A stretch of 64,000 bases of DNA. Origin: Myxococcota bacterium (GTDB lineage: Bacteria > Myxococcota_A > UBA9160 > UBA6930). The notes beneath the pieces were generated by a model that saw nothing but the letters and a program-made list of their open reading frames with translations, did no database searches and was not told where the DNA came from. Below, piece by piece: positions 46,250-55,420 of the stretch (position 1 is its first letter; every line of letters starts with the position of its first letter). The stretch is from the NCBI GenBank assembly GCA_965223415.1, contig OZ245002.1:640001-704000 (forward strand). Reading direction: 5' to 3'. A program made the position numbers and the translations under genes.

Positions 46250-47471
46250 GCGGCGGGCGATCGGAAACGAGCCCGGCCCAGAGCGCCTCCAGCTGGTCGC
46301 AGAACACCGCCTCGGACAGGTTCTCCCGGGTGAAGCGGCGGCCGTTGGCGCCGAGCTCCCGCGCCCGCTCGGGGTTCTCGAGCAGCTCGAGGATGCCGTC
46401 GGCGATCTCGTCCGGGTCCTGGGCCTTGTGCACGACGCCGCAGTCGGCGCTGCGGATCAGGTCGGGAATGCCCCCGCGGTCGCTGCCGACGATCGGCCGA
46501 CCGGCGGCCATCGCCTCGTAGGCCACCAGCGGGGAGTTCTCGAGCCACACCGACGGAATGGCGCAGACCTGCGCGTCGGCATAGTGCTCGGCGAGCTGCT
46601 CGTTGGGAAGCCGACCCAGGAAATCGACCGACTTCGCCACACCGAGCGAATCCGCCAGCGCCTTGCACTCCTCCAGGCTCTCACCGTCGCCGATGACCAC
46701 GAGCCGCGCGTCCGCCACCCGCTCGACCACACGGGGCATGGCGCGAACCAGGGAATGCACCCCCTTCGCGGGAATCACGACGCCGACGAAGAGCACGCGG
46801 TGGTTCTCCGGCGGCGCACCCGCTTCGCGCATCTCGACCGGAGAAAAGTAGGGAAGGCGATGCACGCGGGGGAAGCGGAACGAGCGCAGCATCTCGGCCA
46901 GGTGCCGGCTCGGCGGCAGGTAGACGTCGACAACGCGCCGGGCCATGGCCCGCCAGGCTCCGAGGAGGAAGAGATAGGCCGGAAGCCTGACTGCGGGGAT
47001 GCAGCCGTGCCGGATGCACTGGAGCCCCTCGCCACCGGGACAGACCTGCATGTCGTCGGCGTGGATCAGCCAACCACTGGGACAGAACATGCCGCCGCTG
47101 TGCAGGCTCTGGACGACCACCTGGCCGCGAAGCGCCATCAGCACCGCCAGCGGGTACTTGGTGTTCATGTGCAGGTGGACGACGTCGGGACGGTGCTCGC
47201 GGACGGCCCGCCGGAGCGCCTGGTAGGCGCCCAGGGCGAAGCTGAACTTGGCGAGCCAGCGCCCGAGCTGGGTGGTCGGCTCGCTGGCCGCGATGGAGCG
47301 GGCGTCCTCGACGGGAGGCGGCTCGCTCGGACTCGTGAAGCCGAAGACGCGCACGTCGTGGCCGCGACCGCGCATGGCGCGGATCTCGGCCCAGAAGTTG
47401 GTCTCGGCCCCGCCGATCTCGGCGAGGGTGTTGTGGACGAGCAGGAGCCGCCAGGGCCCTGTGCCTGCCAT
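46203..47471 (-). CDS. GT4 glycosyltransferase
   Basis: GGAE, PDVVHLH, KG, PSVWLENSPLVAYEAMAAGRP. Confidence 0.9.
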   Translation of the reverse strand: MAGTGPWRLLLVHNTLAEIGGAETNFWAEIRAMRGRGHDVRVFGFTSPSEPPPVEDARSIAASEPTTQLGRWLAKFSFALGAYQALRRAVREHRPDVVHLHMNTKYPLAVLMALRGQVVVQSLHSGGMFCPSGWLIHADDMQVCPGGEGLQCIRHGCIPAVRLPAYLFLLGAWRAMARRVVDVYLPPSRHLAEMLRSFRFPRVHRLPYFSPVEMREAGAPPENHRVLFVGVVIPAKGVHSLVRAMPRVVERVADARLVVIGDGESLEECKALADSLGVAKSVDFLGRLPNEQLAEHYADAQVCAIPSVWLENSPLVAYEAMAAGRPIVGSDRGGIPDLIRSADCGVVHKAQDPDEIADGILELLENPERARELGANGRRFTRENLSEAVFCDQLEALWAGLVSDRPPLSGPAGSDPRSGERA

Positions 47472-47601
47472 GGTCGCGGTCCTCCGGTCCGGGCTCCTCG
47501 ACGTCCGGTACCCCGCCCTTGAGCGCTGCACGAGGGCCAGGGGACCCGGCAGGGTAGGGCAGGGCCGGGGAAACGCGAAGACGGAACCCGAGCCGCGCGG
47601 C

Positions 47602-48294
47602 TCAGGCGGCGGCGGGCGCCCCTGCGGACCAGACGGGCTCGTAGAGCGGCGGATCGCCGAGGCGGAGCTCGCTTCGCACGTCGTCCAGGGGTCGGGCGAG
47701 CAGGGCCTCCCAGTCGGCGGCGTACAGGCAGGCGGCTCGGCGGCCGCGGCGCCAGGCGTCACGCAGCAAACGGCGTTCGTCGGCGTCGCTCTCCCACCAG
47801 GCGAGGGCCACGACGAGGCCGATCCCGTGGTTCCAGCCCTGGGCCAGGCCGAGGGTGAGCAGCGCGCCCTCGCCCCGCAGGTCGCGACCGTAGCCGCAGG
47901 CGACGTGCTCGAGATCGTGGCTGTCGCGCAGCCGCAGGGAGAAGCGGCGGCGATCCTCGTCCAGCGCGTCGTAGCGTCCGCTTCCGGTCTCGCTCGCCTC
48001 GACGAGGCCCTGGGCGGAGATCTGCTCGCGCGCGGTGAACTCGGCGTACTCCCGGCCCAGGCTGCCCTCGGGCAGGGCCAGCAGGGCTTCCCGGTCCTCG
48101 AGGGTGGCGAGCAGGTCGCGCTTCTCTTCCAGCACCCGGGCGCCCACCTCGGTGCGGCGGAAGCGGCGGAAGAGCTTGTCGGCTCCGAGGCCGGACAGGG
48201 CCTCGATGATCTCGAACACCGCAGCGGTGTCGTCCGGGTCCTCCCGAAGGCGCATCAGGGCTCGCCAGGCATCGCGGAATCGGTACTGGGCCAT
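47602..48294 (-). CDS. Coq4-like protein (second paralog)
   Basis: DPDDT, LPEGSLGR, HDLEHVACGYGRDLRGE. Confidence 0.85.
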   Translation of the reverse strand: MAQYRFRDAWRALMRLREDPDDTAAVFEIIEALSGLGADKLFRRFRRTEVGARVLEEKRDLLATLEDREALLALPEGSLGREYAEFTAREQISAQGLVEASETGSGRYDALDEDRRRFSLRLRDSHDLEHVACGYGRDLRGEGALLTLGLAQGWNHGIGLVVALAWWESDADERRLLRDAWRRGRRAACLYAADWEALLARPLDDVRSELRLGDPPLYEPVWSAGAPAAA

Positions 48295-48314
48295 GGTTCT
48301 CTCCGGCGCGCGGT

Positions 48315-48338
48315 GCTATCTACATTATTGTAAGTAGC
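48315..48338. promoter_or_regulatory. TetR-type operator palindrome
   Basis: GCTATCTACATTATTGTAAGTAGC between divergent coq4-like and tetR genes. Confidence 0.75.
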
Positions 48339-48350
48339 CAGGAGTCGCAA

Positions 48351-48959
48351 GTGCCTTCCGACGCCCGCACCCGTCGCCGCCTGCCCGCCGCCGAGGCCAA
48401 GGAGCGCATCCTCGAGGTGGCCCAGAAACGGCTCACGGAAGGGGGGCCCGAGGCGATCCGCCTCCAGGAGGTGGCGAGCGACCTGGGCATCTCCCATCCG
48501 ACCATCCTGCATCACTTCGGCAGCCGGGAGGGCCTCCTGCTGGCCCTCGAGCGGCGGGCCATGAGCGGGCTCCAGCGAGACCTGCTCGAAGGGGACCGGG
48601 GCTACGAGGCAGCACTCGACCGGATCGACGCCGTGCTGGGCGACCAGGGGTACGCCCGGCTGCTGGCCTGGTGGGTGCTCTCGCGGCAGGGCGACGCGGC
48701 CGAGGACGACAGGGGCATGCTCCGGCACCTGGCGGATGCGGTGCACGCGGGGCGCTGTGAGGCGGCGCGCGACGCGGGTCGCCCAGAGCCGACGCCCGAG
48801 GACACCCTGTTCCAGGTGCGCCTGCTGGCCGCCGCCACCTTCGGTGAGGCGCTGCTCGGGCCCCTGCTCACCCGCAGCGCGGGCCTCGAGGACGACGACG
48901 ACGTCCGCCGCCGGTTCCGCCGCTGGCTGGCGCGGCTGCTGGACCCGGCGGCGGACTGA
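48351..48959 (+). CDS. TetR-family regulator
   Basis: ILEVA..G..IRLQEVASDLGISHPTILHHFGSREGL. Confidence 0.95.
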   Translation: MPSDARTRRRLPAAEAKERILEVAQKRLTEGGPEAIRLQEVASDLGISHPTILHHFGSREGLLLALERRAMSGLQRDLLEGDRGYEAALDRIDAVLGDQGYARLLAWWVLSRQGDAAEDDRGMLRHLADAVHAGRCEAARDAGRPEPTPEDTLFQVRLLAAATFGEALLGPLLTRSAGLEDDDDVRRRFRRWLARLLDPAAD

Positions 48960-48964
48960 AGCGT

Positions 48965-49600
48965 GCGGGCGGACGGGGCGCGCTCCGGCTCGCCGCGTCG
49001 ACCATGCCCTCGAACAGCCAGTCGTTCAGGAACGACGGATCGTCGTACTTGCCGTCGCCGACCCGCTTGCCGCAGTCCTCGACGCCGTTCATGGCCCGGT
49101 CGCCACAGGTCACGTGGAACTTCGACTCGCCCAGCTTGGTGGTGCCGGTGCTGTCGAAGATCTCCCACACCGAGTGGCCCTGTGAAGCCGGTCACCGCGA
49201 TCTGGCCACCGACGATCACGGCGTCGAAGGTGTCGAGCACCGGGCCGCCGACGTCGCCGTCGTAGGCGATCACGTCCACCGTCTGGGTGCCGTCCCAAAC
49301 CAGGGTGATCTCGCTCAGCGACTGCTAGCAGGAGCAGCTGAACGCACCCGGCGGCGGGGCCTTCACGTCCGCCGTCACCGGGTCGGTGCCCGGATCGCAG
49401 AAGTCACCAGCGATGTCGCCGGTCGCCGAGGCGATGTGGGTGGTGAGCCCGAAGAGGGTCGCGTCCTTGGTGAAGGTGATCGACTCGGTGGGCGCGAGCG
49501 AGAATCCGCTGGCGCGTCTGGGTCGTCTCCGAGACCTGGAGGAACCCCACGTCCGTCCCGTTGTAGTCGCCGTGGTTGACCGTCGCGGTCGCCAAGCCGG
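48965..49600 (-). pseudogene. Fragmented 3' part of a large extracellular protein gene
   Basis: Pieces ITFTKDATL..PPPGAFSC*, EITLVWDG..VTGF, WEIF..FHVTC..MNGVEDCGKRVGDGK..NDWLFEGM split by a stop and frameshifts; limits approximate. Confidence 0.65.
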
Positions 49601-49707
49601 GGAAAGGGAGCGCATGAGCGGACCTCGACTCGACTGGTGGACAGCGGACGGACTCCGTGGCGGTGCGAGCGCCGAAAGAGGAGTCCGCTGGGGCTCCGGA
49701 GGGTCGT

Positions 49708-50424
49708 TCAGGACCGCCGCGAGCGGGCAGCGCCAACGAGGGCGGCAACACCCAGCAGTCCGACGAGGCCAGGCTCGGGGACCAGCACCGGGATCAGCGA
49801 GAGCTTCTTCGTGATGTCCGACGTGGTCCCGACTTCGCTGCTGGCGACCAGGTTGTTATTGAAGGCGACGGTGAGCTGGGTGGCCCCCGGCACGATGGCC
49901 GCGATGTCCACCGTGGATGCGAGGGTCCAGTTCGTGATGCCGAGATCGCCGGGCAGGGTGTAGAAGAGCTGTGCCACCGGGATCGGGATCACGATCGTGT
50001 TCGCCAGCGCCACGCCGTTCACGTGGGTGACGTTGATGACGCCGCCGATGCCGACGAAGGTGCCCGTGGCCGCGGTGCCCGGGAATCCGACGAGGGTGGT
50101 GTCGCCGAACTCGCTGAAGGTGAGGGACGAGATCGAGCTGCCGCCGGTCGCGGCAATGGTCATCTGGAGCAGGGCGCCGGTCTGGTCGATGCCGCCGCCC
50201 GCGGAGTTGGCCGAGTAGTTGCTCGGATTGAAGGTCAGCTGGTTGCCCACGACCGTGGGCGCCCCGTAGAGCGGCTCCGGATCGCCGAAGATCGAGGTTT
50301 CGCGGACCTGGAGGAAGTCCAAGCTGGTTCCGGAGAAGTTCCCGTGGATGACCGTCGCGAGAGCGGGCTGGGCCAGCACCAGCAGCAGGCCGAGCAACAA
50401 AGGAAAACGCGCAAGTCTCAGCAT
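49708..50424 (-). CDS. PEP-CTERM sorting domain protein
   Basis: Signal peptide; C-terminal VPEP + TM + RSRRS. Confidence 0.9.
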   Translation of the reverse strand: MLRLARFPLLLGLLLVLAQPALATVIHGNFSGTSLDFLQVRETSIFGDPEPLYGAPTVVGNQLTFNPSNYSANSAGGGIDQTGALLQMTIAATGGSSISSLTFSEFGDTTLVGFPGTAATGTFVGIGGVINVTHVNGVALANTIVIPIPVAQLFYTLPGDLGITNWTLASTVDIAAIVPGATQLTVAFNNNLVASSEVGTTSDITKKLSLIPVLVPEPGLVGLLGVAALVGAARSRRS

Positions 50425-50501
50425 CGGTCGGAGCCTCCCGTCGCGACTCCCCGAGACTCCTTCCCAGGGAGGCGACCAGCAGTAATCGTGACCGCCAACA
50501 G

Positions 50502-50517
50502 AGCAAGAACCGCGCCA
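50502..50517 (-). promoter_or_regulatory. Sigma54 -24/-12 promoter
   Basis: TGGCGCG-GTTC-TTGCT upstream of PEP-CTERM gene. Confidence 0.75.
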
Positions 50518-50766
50518 TCCGCGAGATCCAGCGCCACAGTACGGAATCCCCTGTGTTTACAAAGACTTGGCTTCACCAGCGGGATGTCCCCGGAGGTACA
50601 CCGTGCAGGCGAGGGAAAACCTCTTCCGCAGATCGCGGAACGCGCTTTCCGACGGACGAAGGGCGCGGGTGACGCGCTTTCCACCCGCAGACACCCCGGC
50701 GGGCCTGGCCGATGGAACCCCCGGGGGCCTGATCTATCCTCGCGCCCTTCGCGAGCGAGGACCCCG

Positions 50767-51960
50767 ATGGCCGACCTGCCCTTCCGCATCTTCGACGGTG
50801 ACAACCACTACTACGAGGCCGAGGACGCCTTCACCCGGCACATGGATCGCCGCATGCAACGCCGCTGCATGCAGTGGGCGGAGGTGAACGGACGCAAGAG
50901 CCTGCTCGTCGCCGGCAAGGTGAACCGCTTCATCCCGAACCCCACCTTCGACCCGGTCGCGCGCCCGGGCTGCCTGGACGAGTACTACCAGGGCAAGAAC
51001 GCCGCCGGGAAGACGATCCGCGACGCCTTCGGCGAGCTGGAGCCGATCCACGTCGAGTATCGCGACCGCGACGCTCGTCTCGAGGTGATGGACGAGCAGG
51101 GCGTGCAGGGCGCCTTCTTCTTCCCGACGCTCGGCGTGGGCATGGAGGAGGCGCTGATCCACGACCCGGAGGCCGTGGTCGCGGCCTTCCGCGCCTTCAA
51201 CCGCTGGCTCGACGAGGACTGGGGGTTCGCGTACGAGGAGCGCATCTTCGCGGCGCCGTACATCACGCTCGTGGACGTAGAGAGCGCGGTGGCGGAGCTC
51301 GAGTGGGCGCTCGAGCGCGACGTGCGCCTCGTCGTGATGCGCTCGGCGCCGGTTCGGACGCCCGGCGTCTCGCGCTCGCTGGCCGACCCGATCTACGATC
51401 CCTACTGGGCGCGGGTGAACGAGGCCGGCATCACCGTCGCGTTCCACGGCGGCGATCCGGGCTACGGCCGCTACCTCGAGGACTGGGGGGAAGGCGGCAC
51501 CGTCCAGAGCTTCAAGAGCTCCGGCTTCAAGAGCGTGATCGGCGGAACCCGCGCGCCCTTCGACACCTTCGCCGCGCTGGTCTGCCACGGCCTCTTCCAC
51601 CGCCACCCGAACCTTCGCATCACCTCGATCGAGATGGGCTCCAACTGGGTGCCGTGGCTGATCCAGAGCTTCCGCCGCGCCTACGGCATCAGCCCCGGCG
51701 ATTTCGTCGAAGACCCGGTGGAGACCCTCCGGCGCCACGTATGGGTGAACCCGTTCCACGAGGACGACGTCCAGCTCCTCGGCGACCTGATGGGCACCGA
51801 CCGCCTCATCATGGGCAGCGACTGGCCTCATGCCGAGGGCATGAAGGCCCCGACCGACTACGTCCGAGAGCTCCGGAGCTTCAGCGATGCCGAGATCAAG
51901 GGGATCATGCGCGAGCACGGCCTCGAGCTGATCACGCCGCGGCCGGCGAGTGCGGCCTAA
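50767..51960 (+). CDS. Amidohydrolase_2 family protein
   Basis: DGDNHYYE, FPT, FNRWL, FHGG, IEMG, GSDWPHAEG. Confidence 0.9.
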   Translation: MADLPFRIFDGDNHYYEAEDAFTRHMDRRMQRRCMQWAEVNGRKSLLVAGKVNRFIPNPTFDPVARPGCLDEYYQGKNAAGKTIRDAFGELEPIHVEYRDRDARLEVMDEQGVQGAFFFPTLGVGMEEALIHDPEAVVAAFRAFNRWLDEDWGFAYEERIFAAPYITLVDVESAVAELEWALERDVRLVVMRSAPVRTPGVSRSLADPIYDPYWARVNEAGITVAFHGGDPGYGRYLEDWGEGGTVQSFKSSGFKSVIGGTRAPFDTFAALVCHGLFHRHPNLRITSIEMGSNWVPWLIQSFRRAYGISPGDFVEDPVETLRRHVWVNPFHEDDVQLLGDLMGTDRLIMGSDWPHAEGMKAPTDYVRELRSFSDAEIKGIMREHGLELITPRPASAA

Positions 51961-52991
51961 CGAGCCAGCTCGTTCGCCAGCTCGAGGTAGGCGTCGACGC
52001 GGGCCTCGACGTCTTCGATGGGGCCGGCCTTCATGCCGCCGGAGGCGCCCTGCTTCAGGCGAGCGACGACGCCCTCGACGATGCAGGCCTGCTTCCACCA
52101 GCTGAAGGCGGTGAACCAGTCGGCGTCCGAGAGGTCGAGGCCGGAGCGGCGGGCGTAGAGGTCGGTCACCTCGTCACGCAGCGGGAAGGTCTCGAGCAAC
52201 GTCGGGGGGTCGGTGAGGGCGGTGACGCGATCGGCCGGATCGGCCCAGTAGAGCTGGGACCAGAAGAAGTCGGCGACGGGGTCGCCGAGGGTGCACAGCT
52301 CCCAATCGAGCACCGCCACCACCTGGTGGCGCGGACCCAGGATCGTGTTGTCGAAGCGGTAGTCGCCGTGGGCGAGGGCGGGCGGGGCCTGCGCCTTCGG
52401 CACACTGCGCTCGAAGCGCTCGTGCAGCTCGGCGAGCAGCGGGACCTCGCGGGTCTTCGAGGCCTCGGCCTGCTTGCGCCAGCGACGCAGCTGTCGCTCC
52501 ACGTAGCCGGTGCGGCTGCGGGCCAGCTCGCCCAGACCGATCGCGTCCACGTCGACGGCGTGGAAGGCGATCTGCGTGTCCACCAGCGACTCGGTGGCGT
52601 CGCTCGCCTCGTCGGCGCTGAGCTCGCCGGCCGACGCCCGGTCCCGAAGGACCCGCCCCTCGACGAACTCCATCACGAAGAAGGGCGCCCCCGTCACCTC
52701 CTCGTCGGCGCACAGGCCCAGTGCAAGCGGCACTCGCACGCCGACGTCGTGCCGGGAGAGCGCGTCCATGATCCGGTGCTCGCGCCCAACGTCGTGGGCG
52801 GTGGCGATGCGGCCGGCCACCGGCGGGCGCCGCAGGGCGACCGACCGCCGGTCCGCATCGGTCACGCGGAACGTCAGGTTCGAGCCGCCCGCGGCGATCA
52901 GCTCGAAGTCGAAGGGCGCGACGAGCCCCGGCACCTCGCGGGTGAGCCAGGCGGAAACGCGCTCGACGTCGAGGCCTTCGGGTTCGCTCAC
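51957..52991 (-). CDS. APH/ACAD10-like phosphotransferase
   Basis: GGSNLT, AHDVGREH, HGDYRFDN, VLDWEL.TLGDP. Confidence 0.9.
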   Translation of the reverse strand: MSEPEGLDVERVSAWLTREVPGLVAPFDFELIAAGGSNLTFRVTDADRRSVALRRPPVAGRIATAHDVGREHRIMDALSRHDVGVRVPLALGLCADEEVTGAPFFVMEFVEGRVLRDRASAGELSADEASDATESLVDTQIAFHAVDVDAIGLGELARSRTGYVERQLRRWRKQAEASKTREVPLLAELHERFERSVPKAQAPPALAHGDYRFDNTILGPRHQVVAVLDWELCTLGDPVADFFWSQLYWADPADRVTALTDPPTLLETFPLRDEVTDLYARRSGLDLSDADWFTAFSWWKQACIVEGVVARLKQGASGGMKAGPIEDVEARVDAYLELANELAR

Positions 52992-53031
52992 GGGCCTGCC
53001 AGCTTAGCGCCGCGCGGGGTAGGCTCGCCCC

Positions 53032-53613
53032 ATGGCTCCCCGCGGCTGGAGACTCACCTGGATCCTGGCCCTCGGCCTGCTCGCCATGAGCGCGGGCCTC
53101 CTCCTGATCTACGGCTCCGGGGAGGAGGGCGTCCGCGTGTGGACCCGCGCGACCGCGCGCACCTCGGCCCTCCTCTTCCTGACGACCTTCCTCGCCCGCC
53201 CCCTCCACCAGCTCCTGCGTGCCGACGCGACCCGCTGGATGATGAAGAGCCGGCGCTACGTCGGCGTGTCGGCGGCGTTCTCCCACCTTCTCCATCTGGC
53301 CGCCGTGCTCTGGCTCGTCTTCGGCTGGCCCGAGAGCTCCCCGGTGGACCCGATCACGCTCGTCTTCGGCGGGCTGGGCTTCGCGGTGTTCTTCGCGATG
53401 GGCCTCACCTCGTCCGACCGGGCGGTCCGGGCCCTCGGCGCGGGCTGGAAGCGCCTCCACAAATTCGGCGCTTGGTACCTGTGGTTCATCTTCACCCAGT
53501 CCTACCTGGGCACGTCCCATCCGCTGGGCTTCGCGCTCCTGGCGGCCCTCGCCGCCGCCGCCCTGCTGCGGGCCATGGTCGCCCGGAAGCAGCGCGCGCA
53601 GGCCGTCGCCTAG
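53032..53613 (+). CDS. Membrane protein, ferric-reductase-like TM domain
   Basis: RRYVG..SHLLH, LTS, WKRLH. Confidence 0.65.
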   Translation: MAPRGWRLTWILALGLLAMSAGLLLIYGSGEEGVRVWTRATARTSALLFLTTFLARPLHQLLRADATRWMMKSRRYVGVSAAFSHLLHLAAVLWLVFGWPESSPVDPITLVFGGLGFAVFFAMGLTSSDRAVRALGAGWKRLHKFGAWYLWFIFTQSYLGTSHPLGFALLAALAAAALLRAMVARKQRAQAVA

Positions 53614-53636
53614 CGAAGGGGAGCCGATCCCGATCG

Positions 53637-54026
53637 ATGCTCCGCCTGCTCTTCGTCTGCGTCGAGAACGCCAACCGCAGCCAGATGGCCGAGGCCTTCG
53701 CGCGCCTGCACGGCGGCAGCGAGGTGCGTGCGCAGAGCGCCGGCTCGATGCCCTCGGGGCGGATCAACCCGAAGGCCGTGGCGAGCATGGCCGAGCGCGG
53801 CATCGACCTCTCCGCCCAGCACTCGACCGGGCTCGAGGCGCTGGGCGACGTCGAGTTCGACGCGGCGGTCACCATGGGCTGCGGCGACGCCTGCCCGAAC
53901 GTCCGGGCGCGCCTTCGCGAGGACTGGGAGATCCCGGACCCGCGCGACATGGAGCCCGACGCCTTCGCCCGGGTGCGCGACGAGATCGAACGCCGGGTCG
54001 TGGACCTGCTCGCCCGCCTGGGCTGA
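53637..54026 (+). CDS. arsC: Arsenate reductase / LMW-PTP family
   Basis: CVENANRSQMAE, TMGCGDACP, DP. Confidence 0.85.
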   Translation: MLRLLFVCVENANRSQMAEAFARLHGGSEVRAQSAGSMPSGRINPKAVASMAERGIDLSAQHSTGLEALGDVEFDAAVTMGCGDACPNVRARLREDWEIPDPRDMEPDAFARVRDEIERRVVDLLARLG

Positions 54027-54093
54027 CTCGGGCGTTCCCCCGATCGGGCCCGGGCGCGGACCCGCCGATGGACCCTGGAGGGGGGACGAGGCG

Positions 54094-54606
54094 ATGGGAA
54101 GCCTGCTGCGGGCGTGGGTCGGGGCCGGCGTCATGCTCCTGGTGGCTGCGCCGAGCCACGGCGCCGGCGTCCACTTCCCCGGCGCCGGCTGCGCCTTCGA
54201 CCACTGGCCCCAGACCGGCTGGCGCGTCGCGCCTCCGGCGGAAGGCGAGAACGGGAGCCAGCTCCTGCGGGCGAGCCACGAGCCCCGCCTCGGGCTGGCC
54301 CTGGAGGCGTGGGTCGGACCGATCGGCGCCGCGCCGGACGAGGGCAGAAGCTCCGAGGAGCTGCAGCGAGCCGCCCTCGAGAAGCGCGGCTGGACGGTCT
54401 CACGGGTGGATCGCGCACCGGTCGGCGACCAGCTCGCCCTGCGCGCACGCGCCCACCGCCGCGCCGCGGGCCGCGCCTTCCTGATGGAGGAGTACGCCTT
54501 CGAGGCCGCCGGCCGCCGCTACACCCTGCGCGTCACCGCCCGCGGCGTCGGCGCGCTCCAGAGCCCGCACGTGCAGCGCTGGCTGCGGTCCTTCCGGCTG
54601 CTCTGA
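54094..54606 (+). CDS. Hypothetical exported protein
   Basis: RBS, signal-like N-terminus, ends WLRSFRLL. Confidence 0.55.
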   Translation: MGSLLRAWVGAGVMLLVAAPSHGAGVHFPGAGCAFDHWPQTGWRVAPPAEGENGSQLLRASHEPRLGLALEAWVGPIGAAPDEGRSSEELQRAALEKRGWTVSRVDRAPVGDQLALRARAHRRAAGRAFLMEEYAFEAAGRRYTLRVTARGVGALQSPHVQRWLRSFRLL

Positions 54607-54652
54607 GCTCCGCCATGACCGGGGCACGACCGACGTGCCATCCTCCCTTCCC

Positions 54653-55405
54653 ATGGACACGCTGAAGCTGCGCATCGAGCACCAGCGGCCGGAGCCGGTC
54701 GAGGACCGGCCCGAGGGCTTCGTGTGGATCGAGCAGGGGCCCCATCGCGCGGTGCTGCTCACGCCGGACGAGATCGACGACGACCGGACCTACCCGTTGA
54801 TCACCGTCCTCCACGGCGCCGGGCGTCAGGACGAGATGCTGCTGAAGGGCTGTCAGGGCGAGCCGGAGCGCCGGCAGGCCTTCTTCCTGATCCCGCGTTC
54901 GCTCCACATGACCTGGGACCTGATCGCCCTCGGCGTCTCGGGCGGCGCCGCCCTCGACCCGGCCGCCGGCTCGCCGACCTCCGAACGCCCGGACCTCGAC
55001 TTCCTCGAGTACGCTTACGACCTCATCTGGCGGCGCTTCCCCGTCGACCCGGAACGCCAGGGCCTACTGGGCTACTCCGACGGCGCCAGCTACGGGCTCT
55101 CCCTCGGCCTCTCGAACCCGGACATCTTCCGGGCGGTGATGGCCTGGGCCGCGGGCTTTCTGGCCATCGATGGGAACGCCATTCCGGAGGGCGCGCGGAA
55201 GCCGCCGATCTACCTGGAGTACGGCACCCACGACGAGCTCTTCGACTTCGACCAGGTGGCGAAGCCCATGCGCCACAACCTCCTGGAGCTCGGCTACGAG
55301 GTGTCCTTCCACGCCGACCAGGGCGGCCGGCACTGGCCGTCGAGCACCTTCCAGGACGAGGCCCTCGACTGGTTCTTCAGCGAGCCCTGGGAGACACGAA
55401 GCTAG
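54653..55405 (+). CDS. Phospholipase/carboxylesterase
   Basis: LHGAG, GYSDGASY, GTHDE, GRH. Confidence 0.85.
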   Translation: MDTLKLRIEHQRPEPVEDRPEGFVWIEQGPHRAVLLTPDEIDDDRTYPLITVLHGAGRQDEMLLKGCQGEPERRQAFFLIPRSLHMTWDLIALGVSGGAALDPAAGSPTSERPDLDFLEYAYDLIWRRFPVDPERQGLLGYSDGASYGLSLGLSNPDIFRAVMAWAAGFLAIDGNAIPEGARKPPIYLEYGTHDELFDFDQVAKPMRHNLLELGYEVSFHADQGGRHWPSSTFQDEALDWFFSEPWETRS

Positions 55406-55420
55406 GCGCCCCGGGGCGCC

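Noticed and set aside
53637..54026. Arsenic resistance operon
   Set aside because: Lone arsC-like gene without arsR or acr3
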